From Mobula hypostoma (taxonomy: Eukaryota): a stretch of DNA of 64,000 bases. The DNA lies in assembly GCF_963921235.1 (NCBI RefSeq), contig NC_086109.1, positions 7,566,001-7,630,000 on the forward strand. The letters run 5' to 3'. The position numbers and the translations under genes are program-made. The stretch's first letter is position 1. Every line of letters begins with the position of its first letter. This document shows positions 52,530 to 64,000 of the stretch, one piece after another. The notes below the pieces were generated by a model. The model was not told the origin of the DNA. It was given only the letters and a program-made list of their open reading frames with translations, and made no database searches.

Positions 52530-52875
52530 TACTCTGAGGAGCCACTTTGCTATGTGCACCTGTACACCTATTCCTTACTGCAAATATCTAATCAGCCAAT
52601 CATGTGGCAGCAACTCAATGCATAAAAGCATGCAGACGTGGTCAAGAGGTTCATTTGTTGTTCATAGCAAACATCAGGATGAGGAAGAAGTATGATCTAA
52701 GTTACTTTGACTGTGGAATGATTGTTGGTGCCAGATGGGGTGGTATGAGTATCTCAGAAACTGCTGATCTCCTGGAATTTTCACACACAGCAGCCTTTAG
52801 AGTTTACAGAGCATGGTGCAAAGTGCAAGAAAAAGCATCCAGTGAGCTGCAGTTCTGTGGGCAAAAATGCCTTAC
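52530..52875 (+). mobile_element. Second Tc1 5' fragment
   Basis: MRKKYDLSYFDCGMIVGARWGGMSISETADLLEFSHTAAFRVYRAW; homologous to the 11494 copy. Confidence 0.8.
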
Positions 52876-54607
52876 TCTACAATCAGTCTAACCTTTCCCT
52901 CCTACATACCCCTCCATCTTTTCTATTTGCATATCTAAGAGTCTCTTAAATGTCCAAGTTGTGGTGGCTTCCATCATTAAGAACCCTCACCATCCAGGAC
53001 ATGCCCTCTTCTCATTGCTACCATCAGGGAGGAGGTACAGGAGCCTGAAGACCCACACTCAACGTTTTCGAAAGAGCTTTTTCCCTTTTGCCATCAGATT
53101 TCTGAATGGACCATGAATACTTGAACACTACCTCGCTACTTCGTTCTCTTCTGTGCACTATTTGTTTATTTTTTATATCCTTCTATTGTTGATTATTGTA
53201 ATTTTTATGTATTTCACTGCTCTGCTGCTGCAAGATAACAAATTTCACCACTTATCATCGTCATTATGCACCGTGTCATATGACAGGGATGATTATGGTC
53301 TTCCATCTGAGAAGTTCTAATAAGCTCTTCAGAACTTTTGCCCGTCCATCCCTTTTGTAACTCATGAATGTCATGTTCTGTCAACTGCGATTTTTTTCCC
53401 GTCACTGCTAGATGTCGAGCTCCTCTTTCCCCAGTGCAATATATGTCAGTGCTAATAAACCTGATTCAGATCTGGGCCTCTAACACCACCACCAGCTTCG
53501 TGCTGAGGCATCCACCACTCTCTGTGTAAAAAAAACTACTTCTGACATCTCCCCTAAACTGTCCTCCACGCCTTAATCAGATGCCCTGCCCATTACCGCT
53601 CTGGGAAAAGGCGCTGGCTGTCTACTCTATCTGAAACTTCCATCGTCTTTAACAGCTCATGTACTTTAGCGTCAAGGACTGGCCAGTCTTCCGCATACAG
53701 GGTTCCAAGTATTTCTGTTTCTGACAGCTCCCAGTTGAGGTGTATTTCGATCCAAAAGAGATTCCATGATTGGAAGCATCCATTCTACGTCCACTCTATC
53801 TAGGTCTTTTAATATTCGATGGGTTTTAATGAGATTCCCCTGCGTTCTTCTAAACTTTGAGGACATTTTCAAGAGGTGATGCCTCATACAGGTGGCATCC
53901 ATCATTAAGTACCCCTACCATCTAGTAAATGCCCTCTTCTCATTGCTACCATCAGTGACGAGGTACAGGAGCCTAAAGACACACACCCACCTACGCCATC
54001 AGTATTCTGAATGGTCCATGAACCCATGAACGCTACCTCACTCTTTTTGCATTAATTTAATTTATATATATATTTATGTTAGTAATTTATAGTGTATTCA
54101 TTTATTTATTTATTTATAGTGTATTGCACTGTACTGCTGCCACAAAACAACAAATTTTACAATGTATATCAGTGATAACAGCTAAGGTGGCGTAGCGGGA
54201 AGCATAATGATACTACAGCTTGGGGCGTTGGAGTTCAAGTTCAATTCCGGCATCCTCTGTAAGAAAGTTTCTACATTCTTTCCATGAGTGCGTGGGTTTC
54301 CTCTGGGTGCTCCGGTTTCCTTCCACAGTGCAAAGATGCTCTGAGTAGTAGATTAATTGGCCGTTGTAAATTGTCCTGTGATTAGACTCGGGCTAAATAG
54401 GTAGTTTGTTGGGCCGTGCGCCTCGTTTGGTCGAAAGGGCCTGTTCTGCGCTGCATCTCAAAATAAATAAAATAAATAAATAATAAGCCTGATTCTGATT
54501 CAAAATCAAAATGCATAGGAACTTTTTGTCTTCCAAATCGCACACTACATGGGTTTAGGAGCATCTCACCAGTCTTTGAAAAAGGATCTACTGCTTTCCT
54601 GGCGTAT

Positions 54608-54973
54608 ATGACAAATAGACTCTTCTCGCGCTTCCAGTTGGGTACAGGTATCGATTACAACCGACATTTCAATGGCAAACTCTGTCATCTTCATCAGGAA
54701 TGCTGCCTAAGCATGTCTAGTCTAGAGGTACGTATACCCCGTCATCCTCATCCAATCAGGTTTATGCTGGCCCACCTTGTTTACAATAGCATTCCAGTTC
54801 TTACTCAGAGTGAGACCTTTTGTCTCTGTTAATATTTTTAATGGGAGTATATATGCTATCAAACTAGACATGCCTAGACATCGTCCCTGATGAAGGTGGC
54901 AGAGTTTGTCCTCGAAACCTCGGTTAAAATCAAAACTTGTACCCGGCTGGAAGCCCGAGAAGAGTTTATTCAT
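54608..54973. mobile_element. Fold-back PLE of a different family
   Basis: Arms at ~54615-54740 and ~54845-54970 are inverted. The spacer encodes (-) INRDK.G.LTLSKNWNAIV (GIY-YIG tail). ATCTCACCAGTCTTT is repeated at 54563-77 and 54974-88. Confidence 0.75.
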
Positions 54974-55657
54974 ATCTCACCAGTCTTTCATCACTAGATC
55001 CAAATCTGGAACTCCTGAGGTCTGGTAACTCGGATAGAGAGCTGCTTATCTGTGCTGTGCACTACATGCACTTTGGATTATATTTTAATAACTTACTCAT
55101 GGTTATATTTTATGTATCAGCTATGAAAAAAATAGTGGATACAGTCCAGTCCATCATGGGTAAAGCCCTCCCCACCATTGAGCACATCTACATGAAACAC
55201 TGTCAAAGGAAAGCCCCATCTACTATCAGGGACCCCAATCACCCAGTTCATGCTCTCTTCTTGCTTTTGCCATTGAGAAGAAGGTACGGGAGCCTTTGGG
55301 ACTCACACCACCAGGTTCAGGAACAGTTACTACCCCTCAATCATCAGGCTCTGGAACTAAAGGGATTAACTTCACTCAACTTCACTTGCCCCATCATTGA
55401 ACTATTCCCACACCAATGGACTCACTGCGAAAGACTCTTCATCTCATGTTCTCAATATTTATTGCTTATTTATTTATCATTTATTTATCTATTTATTTTT
55501 GTATTTGCACAGTTTCTTGTCTTCTGCACTCTGGTTGAAAACCTGAGTTGGGCAGGCTTTAATTGATTCTGTCATAGTTACTATTCTATAGATTCATTGA
55601 GTATGCCCACAAGGAAATGAACATTGGGGTTGTATATGATGACATATATGTACTTAG

Positions 55658-55966
55658 TTAGCACGTGGGCAAGTGGTTAAGGCACTCGTCTAGTGATCTG
55701 AAGGTCTCTAGTTCGAGCCTTGGCTGAGGCAGCGTGTTGTGCCCTTGAGCAAGGCACTTAACCACACATTGCTCTGTGACGACACTGGTGCCAAGCTGTA
55801 TGGGTCCTAATGCCCTTCCCTTGGACAACATCAGTGTCGTGGAGAGGGGAGACTTGCAGCATGGGCAACTGCCGGTCTTCCATACAACCTTGCCCAGGCC
55901 TGCGCCCTGGAAACCCTCCAAGGCGCAAATCCATGGTCTCTCGAGACGAACGGATGCCTAAGAAGA
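55658..55966 (+). mobile_element. Family C tRNA-SINE, 12-bp TSD
   Basis: A/B boxes and core present. ATATGTACTTAG at 55646-55657 and 55967-55978. Confidence 0.85.
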
Positions 55967-56922
55967 ATATGTACTTAGATAATAAATTTACTCCAAACTT
56001 TGAATTTTAAGTGTGATGTATGTTCTGTGGGTGCACCATGGTCCGAAGGAATATTGTTTCATTTGGCTGTATATATGCACAATCAGATGACAATAAACTT
56101 GAACTTGAACAGCATTGTCAGAACACCTTCGCCTGAAGCATGGCCAAGGTTTCAAGGTGTTTGTTTATCAGCATCTTCGCAAAGGCATTTAGGGATGAGA
56201 ATTAAATTTAATCTTACCAGTGATGTCCAAGTGTTCAAAGCAAACAACAGAAAAAAGAAAGCGCTGGAATCCTGAAGTAAAATCTAGTAAAGTCTTGAAA
56301 TATTCAGTCGGTCAGGCAGCATCTGTGGAGAGAGGAGAGGTTAGCTTTAACAGTGCAATCATTATTTTTCATGTGCACATCAAAACATTGATGCATACAG
56401 TGAAATGCGTAATTTCTGAGTCAAATCAAATCAGCGAGGGTTTTACTGGGCAGCCCGCAAGTGTCGCCACGCTTCTGGTGCCAACGTAGCCTGCCCACAA
56501 CTCACTAACTCCATCCCATACTGTAGGTCTTTGGACTGTGGGAGGAAACTGGAGCACCTGGAGGAAACCCACGCAGTCATGGGGAGAACATATAAACTCC
56601 TTACGGACAGCGGCAAGAATCAAAGCCCGATCTCACAGCTCACTGACCCAGCTCGGAATGGCTGGCACATGGCGTGAAATTTGTTGGTTTGCGGCACCGG
56701 TACATTGCAACAGTACAAGTTATGATAAGAAATGTTTTAAAATGAATAAGCAATGCAAAGAGAGAACAAAATAGTGAGGTGGTGTTCATGAGCTCTTGGA
56801 CAATTCAGAAATCTGATGGCGGAGGGAAAGGAACTGGTGGAAAGCGGCCAGTGAGTGAGTGGGCCAGCGAAGGAGTGGAGTTTTGAGGCGGAGGGCAATC
56901 TTGCTCACAGTTAGCCTTTACA

Positions 56923-57894
56923 ATGTCCCCTGAGACAGTGATGTGCTTCTCATGTGAGATGTGGCAGTCTTGGGGGAACGCCCCTCTCCCACAGAGTCAC
57001 ATCTGCCAGAAGTGCATACGGCTGGGCGACCTGGAAGACCGTGTAAGGAATCTGGAGCAGCAGCTAGATGACCTTCGACTCATAAGGGAGAATGAGGTAG
57101 TCATAGATGAGGGCTACAGGGAGATAGTCACTCCTAAGCTGTCGGAAGCAGGTCATTGGGTGACAGTCAGAGGGGGGAAAGCGAAGGTGAGCAGTCAGGT
57201 AGTGCAGAGCACCCCTGTAGCCATTCCCCTGAATAATAAGTTTATCGTCCTGGATACTGTTGGCGGGGATGACCGACCAGGTGTGAGTCATGGTGGCAGG
57301 GCCTCCTACACTGAGTCTGACCCTGTGGTGCAGAAGGGTGGGACGAAGAAGAGGAGAGCTGTCGTCATTGGAGACTCTATAGTCAGGGGAGCAGACAGGA
57401 GATTTTGTGGACGTGAGAAGGACACCCTCATGGTTTGTTGCCTCCCAGGTGCCAGGGTCCAGGATTTTTCTGACCGGGTGCATGACATCCTGGTACGAGA
57501 GGGAAAGCAACCAGAAATCATGATACATGTTGGGACCAACGACATAGGCAGGAAGAGGGGTGAGGTCCTGAAGTGTGAGTTTCGGGAACTAGGCAGAAGG
57601 CTGAAGAACAGGACCTCAAGGGTGACGTTCTCAGGATTGCTGCCAGTGCTACGTGACAGTGATGGTAAGAATTGGAGGAGATGGCAGTTGAATGCGTGGC
57701 TGAGGAGTTGGTGCAGGGAGCAGGGTTTTAGATTTTTGGATAATTGGGATCTCTTCTGGGGAAGGTGGGACCTGTACAGATTGGATGGGTTGCACCTGAA
57801 CTTGAAGGGGAGCAATATCCTTGCAGGTAGGTTTGCTAGCATGGTTCGGGAGGGTTTAAACTATCTGCAAGGGGGATGGGACCCAGAGCGATAG
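56923..57894 (+). CDS. CR1 ORF1p: Cys-rich zinc finger, coiled coil, SGNH/GDSL esterase domain
   Basis: CFSC..ICQKC; LEDRVRNLEQQLDDL; VIGDSIVRG, CLPGARV, HVGTND, DGLHLN. Uninterrupted 323 aa. Confidence 0.9.
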   Translation: MSPETVMCFSCEMWQSWGNAPLPQSHICQKCIRLGDLEDRVRNLEQQLDDLRLIRENEVVIDEGYREIVTPKLSEAGHWVTVRGGKAKVSSQVVQSTPVAIPLNNKFIVLDTVGGDDRPGVSHGGRASYTESDPVVQKGGTKKRRAVVIGDSIVRGADRRFCGREKDTLMVCCLPGARVQDFSDRVHDILVREGKQPEIMIHVGTNDIGRKRGEVLKCEFRELGRRLKNRTSRVTFSGLLPVLRDSDGKNWRRWQLNAWLRSWCREQGFRFLDNWDLFWGRWDLYRLDGLHLNLKGSNILAGRFASMVREGLNYLQGGWDPER

Positions 57895-57989
57895 AGCAGT
57901 GAAAGAAGTGCATGTAGTAAAGCCGGATCTAACATACAGAGAGGCTTTGAGGAAAGAGAAGCAGAATAAACAGTGTAAAGACACTAAGG

Positions 57990-60770
57990 TAGAAGGGTTG
58001 AAGTGTGTGTACCTCAATGCAAGAAGCATCAGGAACAAAGGTGATGAACTGAGAGCTTGGATACATACATGGAATTATGATCTAGTGGCCATTACAGAGA
58101 CTTGGCTGGCACCAGGGCAGGAATGGATTCTCAATATTCCTGGATTTCAGTGCTTTAAAAGGAATAGACAGGGGGGAAAAGGGGAGGAGGGGTGGCATTA
58201 CTGGTCAGGGATACTATTACAGCTACAGAAAGGGTGAGTAATTTAACAGGATCCTCTTTTGAGTCAGTATGGGTGGAAGTCAGGAACAGGAAGGGAGCAG
58301 TTACTCTATTGGGGGTATTCTATAGGCCCCCTGGTAGCAGCAGAGATACAGAGGAGCAGATTGGGAGGCAGATTTTGGAAAGGTACAAAAATAACACGGT
58401 TGTTATCATGGGTGACTTTAACTTCCCTAATATTGATTGGCACCTGATTAGTTCCAAGGGTTTAGATGGGGCAGAGTTTGTTAAGTGTGTCCAGGATGGA
58501 TTCCTGTCACAGTATGTGGACAGGCCGACTAGGGGGAATGCCATACTAGATCTAGTACTAGGTAATGAACCAGGTCAGGTCACAGATCTCTCAGTGGTTG
58601 AGCATCTGGGGGACAGTGACCACCACTCCCTGGCCTTTAGCATTATCATGGAAAAGGATAGAATCAGAGAGGACAGGAAAATTTTTAATTGGGGAAGGGC
58701 AAATTATGAGGCTATAAAGCTAGAACTTGTGGGTGTGAATTGGGATGATGTTTTTGCAGGGAAATGTACTATGGACATGTGGTCGATGTTTAGAGATTTC
58801 TTGCAGGATGTTAGGGATAAATTTGTCCCGGTGAGGAAGATAAAGAATGGTAGGGTGAAGGAACCATGGGTGACAAGTGAGGTGGAAAATCTAGTCAGGT
58901 GGAAGAAAGCAGCATACACAAGGTTTAGGAAGCAAGGATCAGATGGGTCTATAGAGGAATATAGGGAAGCAAGAAAGGAGTTTAAGAAGGGGCTGAGAAG
59001 AGCAAGAAGGGGACATGAGAAGGTCTTGGCGAGTAGGGTAAAGGAAAACCCTGAGGCATTCTTCAATTATGTGAAGAACAAAAGGATGACAGGAGTGAAG
59101 GTAGGACAAGTTAGAGATAAAGCTGAGAAGATGTGCCTGGAGGCTGTGGAAGTGAGCGAGGTCCTCAATGAATACTTCTCTTCAGTATTCACCAATGAGA
59201 GGGAACTTGATGATGGTGAGGGCAATATGACTGAAGTTGATGTTCTGGAGCATGTTGATATTAAGGGAGAGGAGGTATTGGAGTTGTTAAAATACATTAG
59301 GACAGATAAGTCCCCGGGGCCTGACGGAATATTCCCCAGGCTGCTCCACGAGGTGAGGGAAGAGATTGCTGAGCCTCTGGCTAGGATGTTTATGTCCTCG
59401 TTGTCCACAGGAATGGTACCGGAGGATTGGAGGGAGGCGAATGTCGTCCCCTTGTTCAAAAAAGGTAGTAGGGATAGTCCAGATAATTATAAACCAGTGA
59501 GCCTTACATCTGTGGTGGGAGAGCTGTTGGAAAAGATTCTTAGAGATAGGATCTATAGGCATTTAGAGAATCATGGTCTGATCAGGGACAGTCATCATGG
59601 CTTTGTGAAGGGCAGATCGTGTCTAACAAGCCTGACAGAGTTCTTTGAGGGGGTGACCAGGTATATAGATGAGGGTAGTGCAGTGGATGTGATCAATATG
59701 GATTTTAGTAAGGCACTTGACGAGGTTCCACATAGTAGGCTTGTTCAGAAAGTCGGAAGGCATCGGATCCAGGGAAGTTTGGCCAGGTGGATTCAGAATT
59801 GGCTTGCCTGCAGAAGGCAGAGGGTCATGGTGGAGGGAGTACATTCAGATTGGAGGGTTGTGACTAGTGGTGTCCCACAAGGATCTGTTCTGGGACCTCT
59901 ACTTTTCGTGATTTTTATTAACGACCTGGATGTGGGGGTAGAAGGGTGGGTTGGCAAGTTTGCAGACGACACAAAGGTTGGTGGTGTTGTAGATAGTGTA
60001 GAGGATTGTCAAAGATTGCAGAGAGACATTGATAGGATGCAGAAGTGGGCTGAGAAGTGGCAGATGGAGTTCAACCCGGAGAAGTGTGAGGTGGTACACT
60101 TTGGAAGGACAAACTCCAAGGCAGAGTACAAAGTAAATGGCAGAATACTTGGTAGTGTGGAGGAGCAGAGGTATCTGGGGGTACATGTACGCAGATCCCT
60201 GAAAGTTGCCTCACAGGTAGATAAGGTAGTTATGAAAGCTTATGGGGTGTTAGCTGTCATAAGTCGAGGGATAGAGTTTAAGAGTCACGATGTAATGATA
60301 CAGCTATATAAAACTCTGGTTAGGCCACACTTGGAGTACTGTGTCCAGTTCTGGTCACCTCACTATAGGAAGCATTGGAAAGGGTACAGAGGAGATTTAC
60401 CAGGATGCTGCCTGGTTTAGAAAGTATGCATTATGATCAGAGATTAAGGGAGCTAGGGCTTTACTCTTTGGAGAGAAGGAGGATGAGAGGAGACATGATA
60501 GAAGTGTACAAGATAATAAGAGGAATAGATAGAGTGGATAGCCAGCGCCTCTTCCCCAGGGCACCACTGCTCAATACAAGAGGACATGGCTTTAAGATAA
60601 GGAGTGGGAAGTTCAAGGGGGATTTTAGAGGAAGGTTTTTCACTCAGAGAGTGGTTGGTGCGTGGAATGCACTGCCTGAGTCAGTGGTGGAGGCAGATAC
60701 ACTAGTGAAGTTTAAGAGACTACTAGACAGGTATATGGAGGAATTTAAGGTGGGGGTGTTATATGGGAGG
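57990..60770 (+). pseudogene. CR1 ORF2p (APE + RT) with two frameshifts (~58180 and ~60372)
   Basis: YLNARSI..ITETW (57899 frame), then GDFNFP..SDH..QGSVLGP..KFADDTK (58192 frame), then ERVQRRFTRML..YSLERRRMRGD (60375 frame). Confidence 0.9.
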
Positions 60771-61321
60771 CAGGGTTTGAGGGTCAGCACAACATTGTGG
60801 GCTGAAGGGCCTGTACTGTGCTGTACTATTCTATGTTCTATGTTCTATTCCTAAAACAGTGAGTGTGTGTCTTCAGGCTCCTGTAGCTCCTCCTTGTTAG
60901 TAGTAATGAGAGAAGGGCATTTCCTGGGTGATGGGGTTTCTGAATGATGGATGCCCCCTTCCTGAGGCATTGCCTTTTGAAGATGTCCTCAAGGGGGGGA
61001 GGCCGGTGCCCGTAATGGCACTGGTGAGCCTATGACCCTCTGCAGCTTTTTCCAATCCTGTGCACTGGCATTTCCAAGCCAGAGGGCGACGCAACCAGTT
61101 AAAATGCTCTCGGCTCCTGTATTTCCTTCTCGTTGGTGGTAATGCACAGAGGGTGTGATCCAGATGATGAGGATCTTTAGTGACGGATGCTGCATCATTA
61201 AAAAGAAAAGACATGGATGAAGAAAGTGCTGTTGGAATAACCAGTGTGAGTAGTGGCAGTGTACTTTGTGGATGCTATGTAATGATACTGAGGTACCTGT
61301 TACTCATGGTACTAATTAAAC

Positions 61322-61710
61322 TGGGGTGGTGAGGTGGAGATACGTCTCTACCAAAGGAGGTGTAAGGCACTCCTTCCCTCTGCTAACCTGCAGGTCACCC
61401 TTGGGCAAGGTGTAGCACCAGCTGACCACACCCCCCCCCCCCCACCAATCAGGACACGTGAAGCCATGGGAGCAGGTCGTGTGAGCAGCTGGTGCATGTC
61501 ACAAGTCCTGGTTATGTGACTACTGACACTGGGCAGACAATCTCTGAAGAGTATTGATAATGCCTGGGGCCACCCATCTTGTAAAGACACTACCCAGAAG
61601 AACAAAATGGCAAACCACTTCTATAGAAAAATTTGCCAAGAACAATCATGGCCATAGAAAGACTATCATCGCCCATGTCATACGAGACAGCACATAATAA
61701 TGATGATGAA
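61322..61710 (+). mobile_element. SINE-like family B copy
   Basis: GGCAAACCACTTCTATAGAAAAATTTGCCAAGAACAATCATGG core and TAATGATGATGA tail. Confidence 0.7.
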
Positions 61711-63800
61711 TTAAAAGGCAGATTATGATAGTATGCGTGACTGGCCTAAACCTTCCTCCATGTTATTTTAGCAAGGGAACTTTAAAAAGACATGTTTAAA
61801 GCCAATAGTTTGTGGCAATATGCTCATCTCATGGGACCAGTAGTTAGAAGCAGTGCTGATGTAAGTATCTTTCATTCTGTCCTTTATGTGAAGTGGCAAA
61901 TTGCAGAGATGGGACAACAGTTAACCTTCAAGGGGACCAGATACAAGGTAAATCTTGGCTGTAGACAAGTTAATATTCTTAATGACCTTCTGGATAGAAG
62001 AATAAAACTGCATTGTGTATTAGTGGGAACATAGTTACTGCAGAAGTGCTACTGTTAAATCAGCTTTACTGGAACATTTACACATTGTCCCTAACTGTCA
62101 GGCCAAACGTGATCTGAAGTCAAGCTCAAGATTATTCATCAAGACACATGTATTCAGCCAAACGAAACAACATTCCTCCAGGACCAAGGTGAAAAATACT
62201 CTACATATATCACATACAGCACAAGAAATAATACTAACACAATAATATTGACAGATAATAATAAATATTTTGTAGACGTACAAGCTGACATAAAGTGCAT
62301 ATAGAACAGTATAATGCTACTGGCATTGTCATAAATAACGTGTACTGGGTGGTGGCAGGGTTTCAGAAGTCTCACAGCCTGGGAGAAGAAGCTGTTACCC
62401 AGACCCACAGTCCTTGTTCAGCTACTGTGGTACCTTCTGCCTGCTGGTAGAAGGTCAAGGAGATTGTGGGACGGATGGGTGGGGTCCCTGACAATGCTGA
62501 GGGTGCTGTGGATGCAGTGCTCTGGTGTACGTCCTGGATGGGCGTGAGAGAGGTCCTGATGCTTCTCTCAGCAGCCCTCACAATCTGCGGCAGGGTCTCG
62601 TGATTAGGTGTTTTGCAATTCCCATACCAGACAGTGTTACAGCTGGTCAGTACTCTCTCGATGGTGCTCCGGTAGAACGCTTATTTATTTATCTTTCGAG
62701 GTAGAGCGTGCAGTAGGTCGTTACGGCCCCTCAGGTTGTGCTGCCCAGTTTAACCCTAGCCTAATCACAGACAGTTTACAATGACCGATTAACCCACCAA
62801 TTGGTACATCTTTGGACCGTGGGAGTAAACTGGAGCACCCAGAGGAAGCCCACGCAGTCACAGGGAAAATGTACAAACTCCTTACAGACAGCAGTGGGAA
62901 TTGAACCTGGGTCACTGGTACTGTAAAGCATTGTGCTAACCACTATGCTACCAAGCCGGGCATGCCTAGAATCAGGGTGGGGTGCCTCACTCTCATCAAT
63001 CTCCTCAGGCGGTGGAGGCGATGCTGTGCTTTCTTGACATGAAGAGGTAGTGTTGAGGAACCAGATGAGATTATCCATGATGTGCACTCCCAGAAAGTTG
63101 GCATCCCTGACCCTCTCCACTCAGGAGCAGTTGACGTGCAGCAGGGAGTGGAAAGCCTGCACCTTCCTGAAGTTCACAGTCATCTCCTTAGTCTGGTCCA
63201 CGATGAGACTCAAGTTGTTGTGTTTGTACCAGTCTTGCAGTTGACAACAGGTTAGCGGAAAATGGCTGATCACATTTTACCTTATTCAGCAAACTTGATC
63301 CTTTAACAAAAGGTCAAATAATTGGCTGCTATGAATTACCCCTTGTGTGGGTAATGGACAAATGTGAGTTGATCCTGACTGGTACTACATCATAGTCTGA
63401 TATGGAGGGAGAGGTTCACTTCACAGGATCGGAAAAAGCTGCGGAGCATGGTAAACTCAGCCAGCTCCATCATGGACACTAGCCTCCCCCCCAGCAAGGA
63501 CATCTTCGAAAGGCAATGCCTCAAAACGGCAGCATTATCATTAAGGACCCCCATTATCCAGGACATTCCCCCTTCTCATTGCTACCATCAGGGAGGAGGT
63601 ACAGGAACCTGAAGACACACACTCAGTGTTTTGAGAACAGTTTCTACCCCTGCACCATCAGATTTCTGAACAGACATTAAACCAACCCATGAACTCTGCC
63701 TCATCATTTTTGTTTTCTTTTTTGCATTGCTCACTTAATTTAACTTTTTAATCTATATTTTGTATTGGAACCTGCAGTTTTTTATGCATTGCACTGCACT

Positions 63801-64000
63801 GTGTTGGGCACGTGGCCAAGTGGTTAAGGCCTTCGTCTAGTGATCTGAGGGTCGCTAGCCCGAGCTTTGGCTGTGTTTGTGTCCTTGAGCGAGGCACTAA
63901 ACCACACATTGCTCTAGTCTGTGCGAGGAGTGGTGCCCCACACAGACTTCCAAACTGCGCCTTGTAAGGCACGAAAATGCCCGACGCAGGCCTCTCATGG
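63801..64000 (+). mobile_element. tRNA-SINE sharing the family C head/core but with a different 3' module (runs off the window)
   Basis: Homologous to family C up to ACCACACATTGCTCT, unrelated afterwards. Confidence 0.7.

Larger units (their letters stand above)
56837..60847 (+). mobile_element. Near full-length CR1 LINE (ORF1 + ORF2 + 3' tail)
   Basis: Two-ORF layout with a (TATGTTC)n tail. It splits a reverse Rex 3' fragment (GGAACTG|TTCCTAAAAC). Confidence 0.95.

Noticed and set aside
54937..55566. 209-aa ORF
   Set aside because: Chance read-through across a PLE arm and a Rex 3' fragment.
56923..57894. Host GDSL lipase gene
   Set aside because: Intronless and directly upstream of CR1 ORF2, so it is the LINE ORF1.
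57064..60186. Antisense ORFs over the CR1
   Set aside because: Shadow frames of the LINE coding strand.

Overview
A repeat-saturated eukaryotic window with no host protein-coding exon that I can support, so it is probably intergenic or part of a large intron. The repeat spectrum suggests a cartilaginous fish, probably a ray (inference): CR1 LINEs, Rex1/Babar LINEs, L1 3' ends, HE1/V-SINE-like and CORE-like tRNA SINEs, and Penelope-like elements (PLEs). Main features are a near full-length CR1 with an SGNH-esterase ORF1 (56.8-60.8 kb), several truncated CR1s, a decayed near full-length Rex1/Babar LINE carrying nested insertions, a Gypsy-like solo LTR with an internal ~62-bp array, Tc1 relics and a 19-bp minisatellite. 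The most notable signal not shown by the ORF track is a set of minimal type-I hammerhead ribozyme motifs (stem I-CUGAnGA-stem II-GAAA-CG-UH-stem I') in PLE terminal repeats. Several sit in fold-back PLE insertions with long target duplications. One arrangement at about 32 kb places two same-strand hammerheads around a long hairpin. PLE hammerheads are a known class; their activity here is untested. A Tc1 derivative whose truncated end rejoins its own 5' terminus in two separate copies is also unusual. All family assignments come from motif recognition by eye, and many boundaries are approximate.
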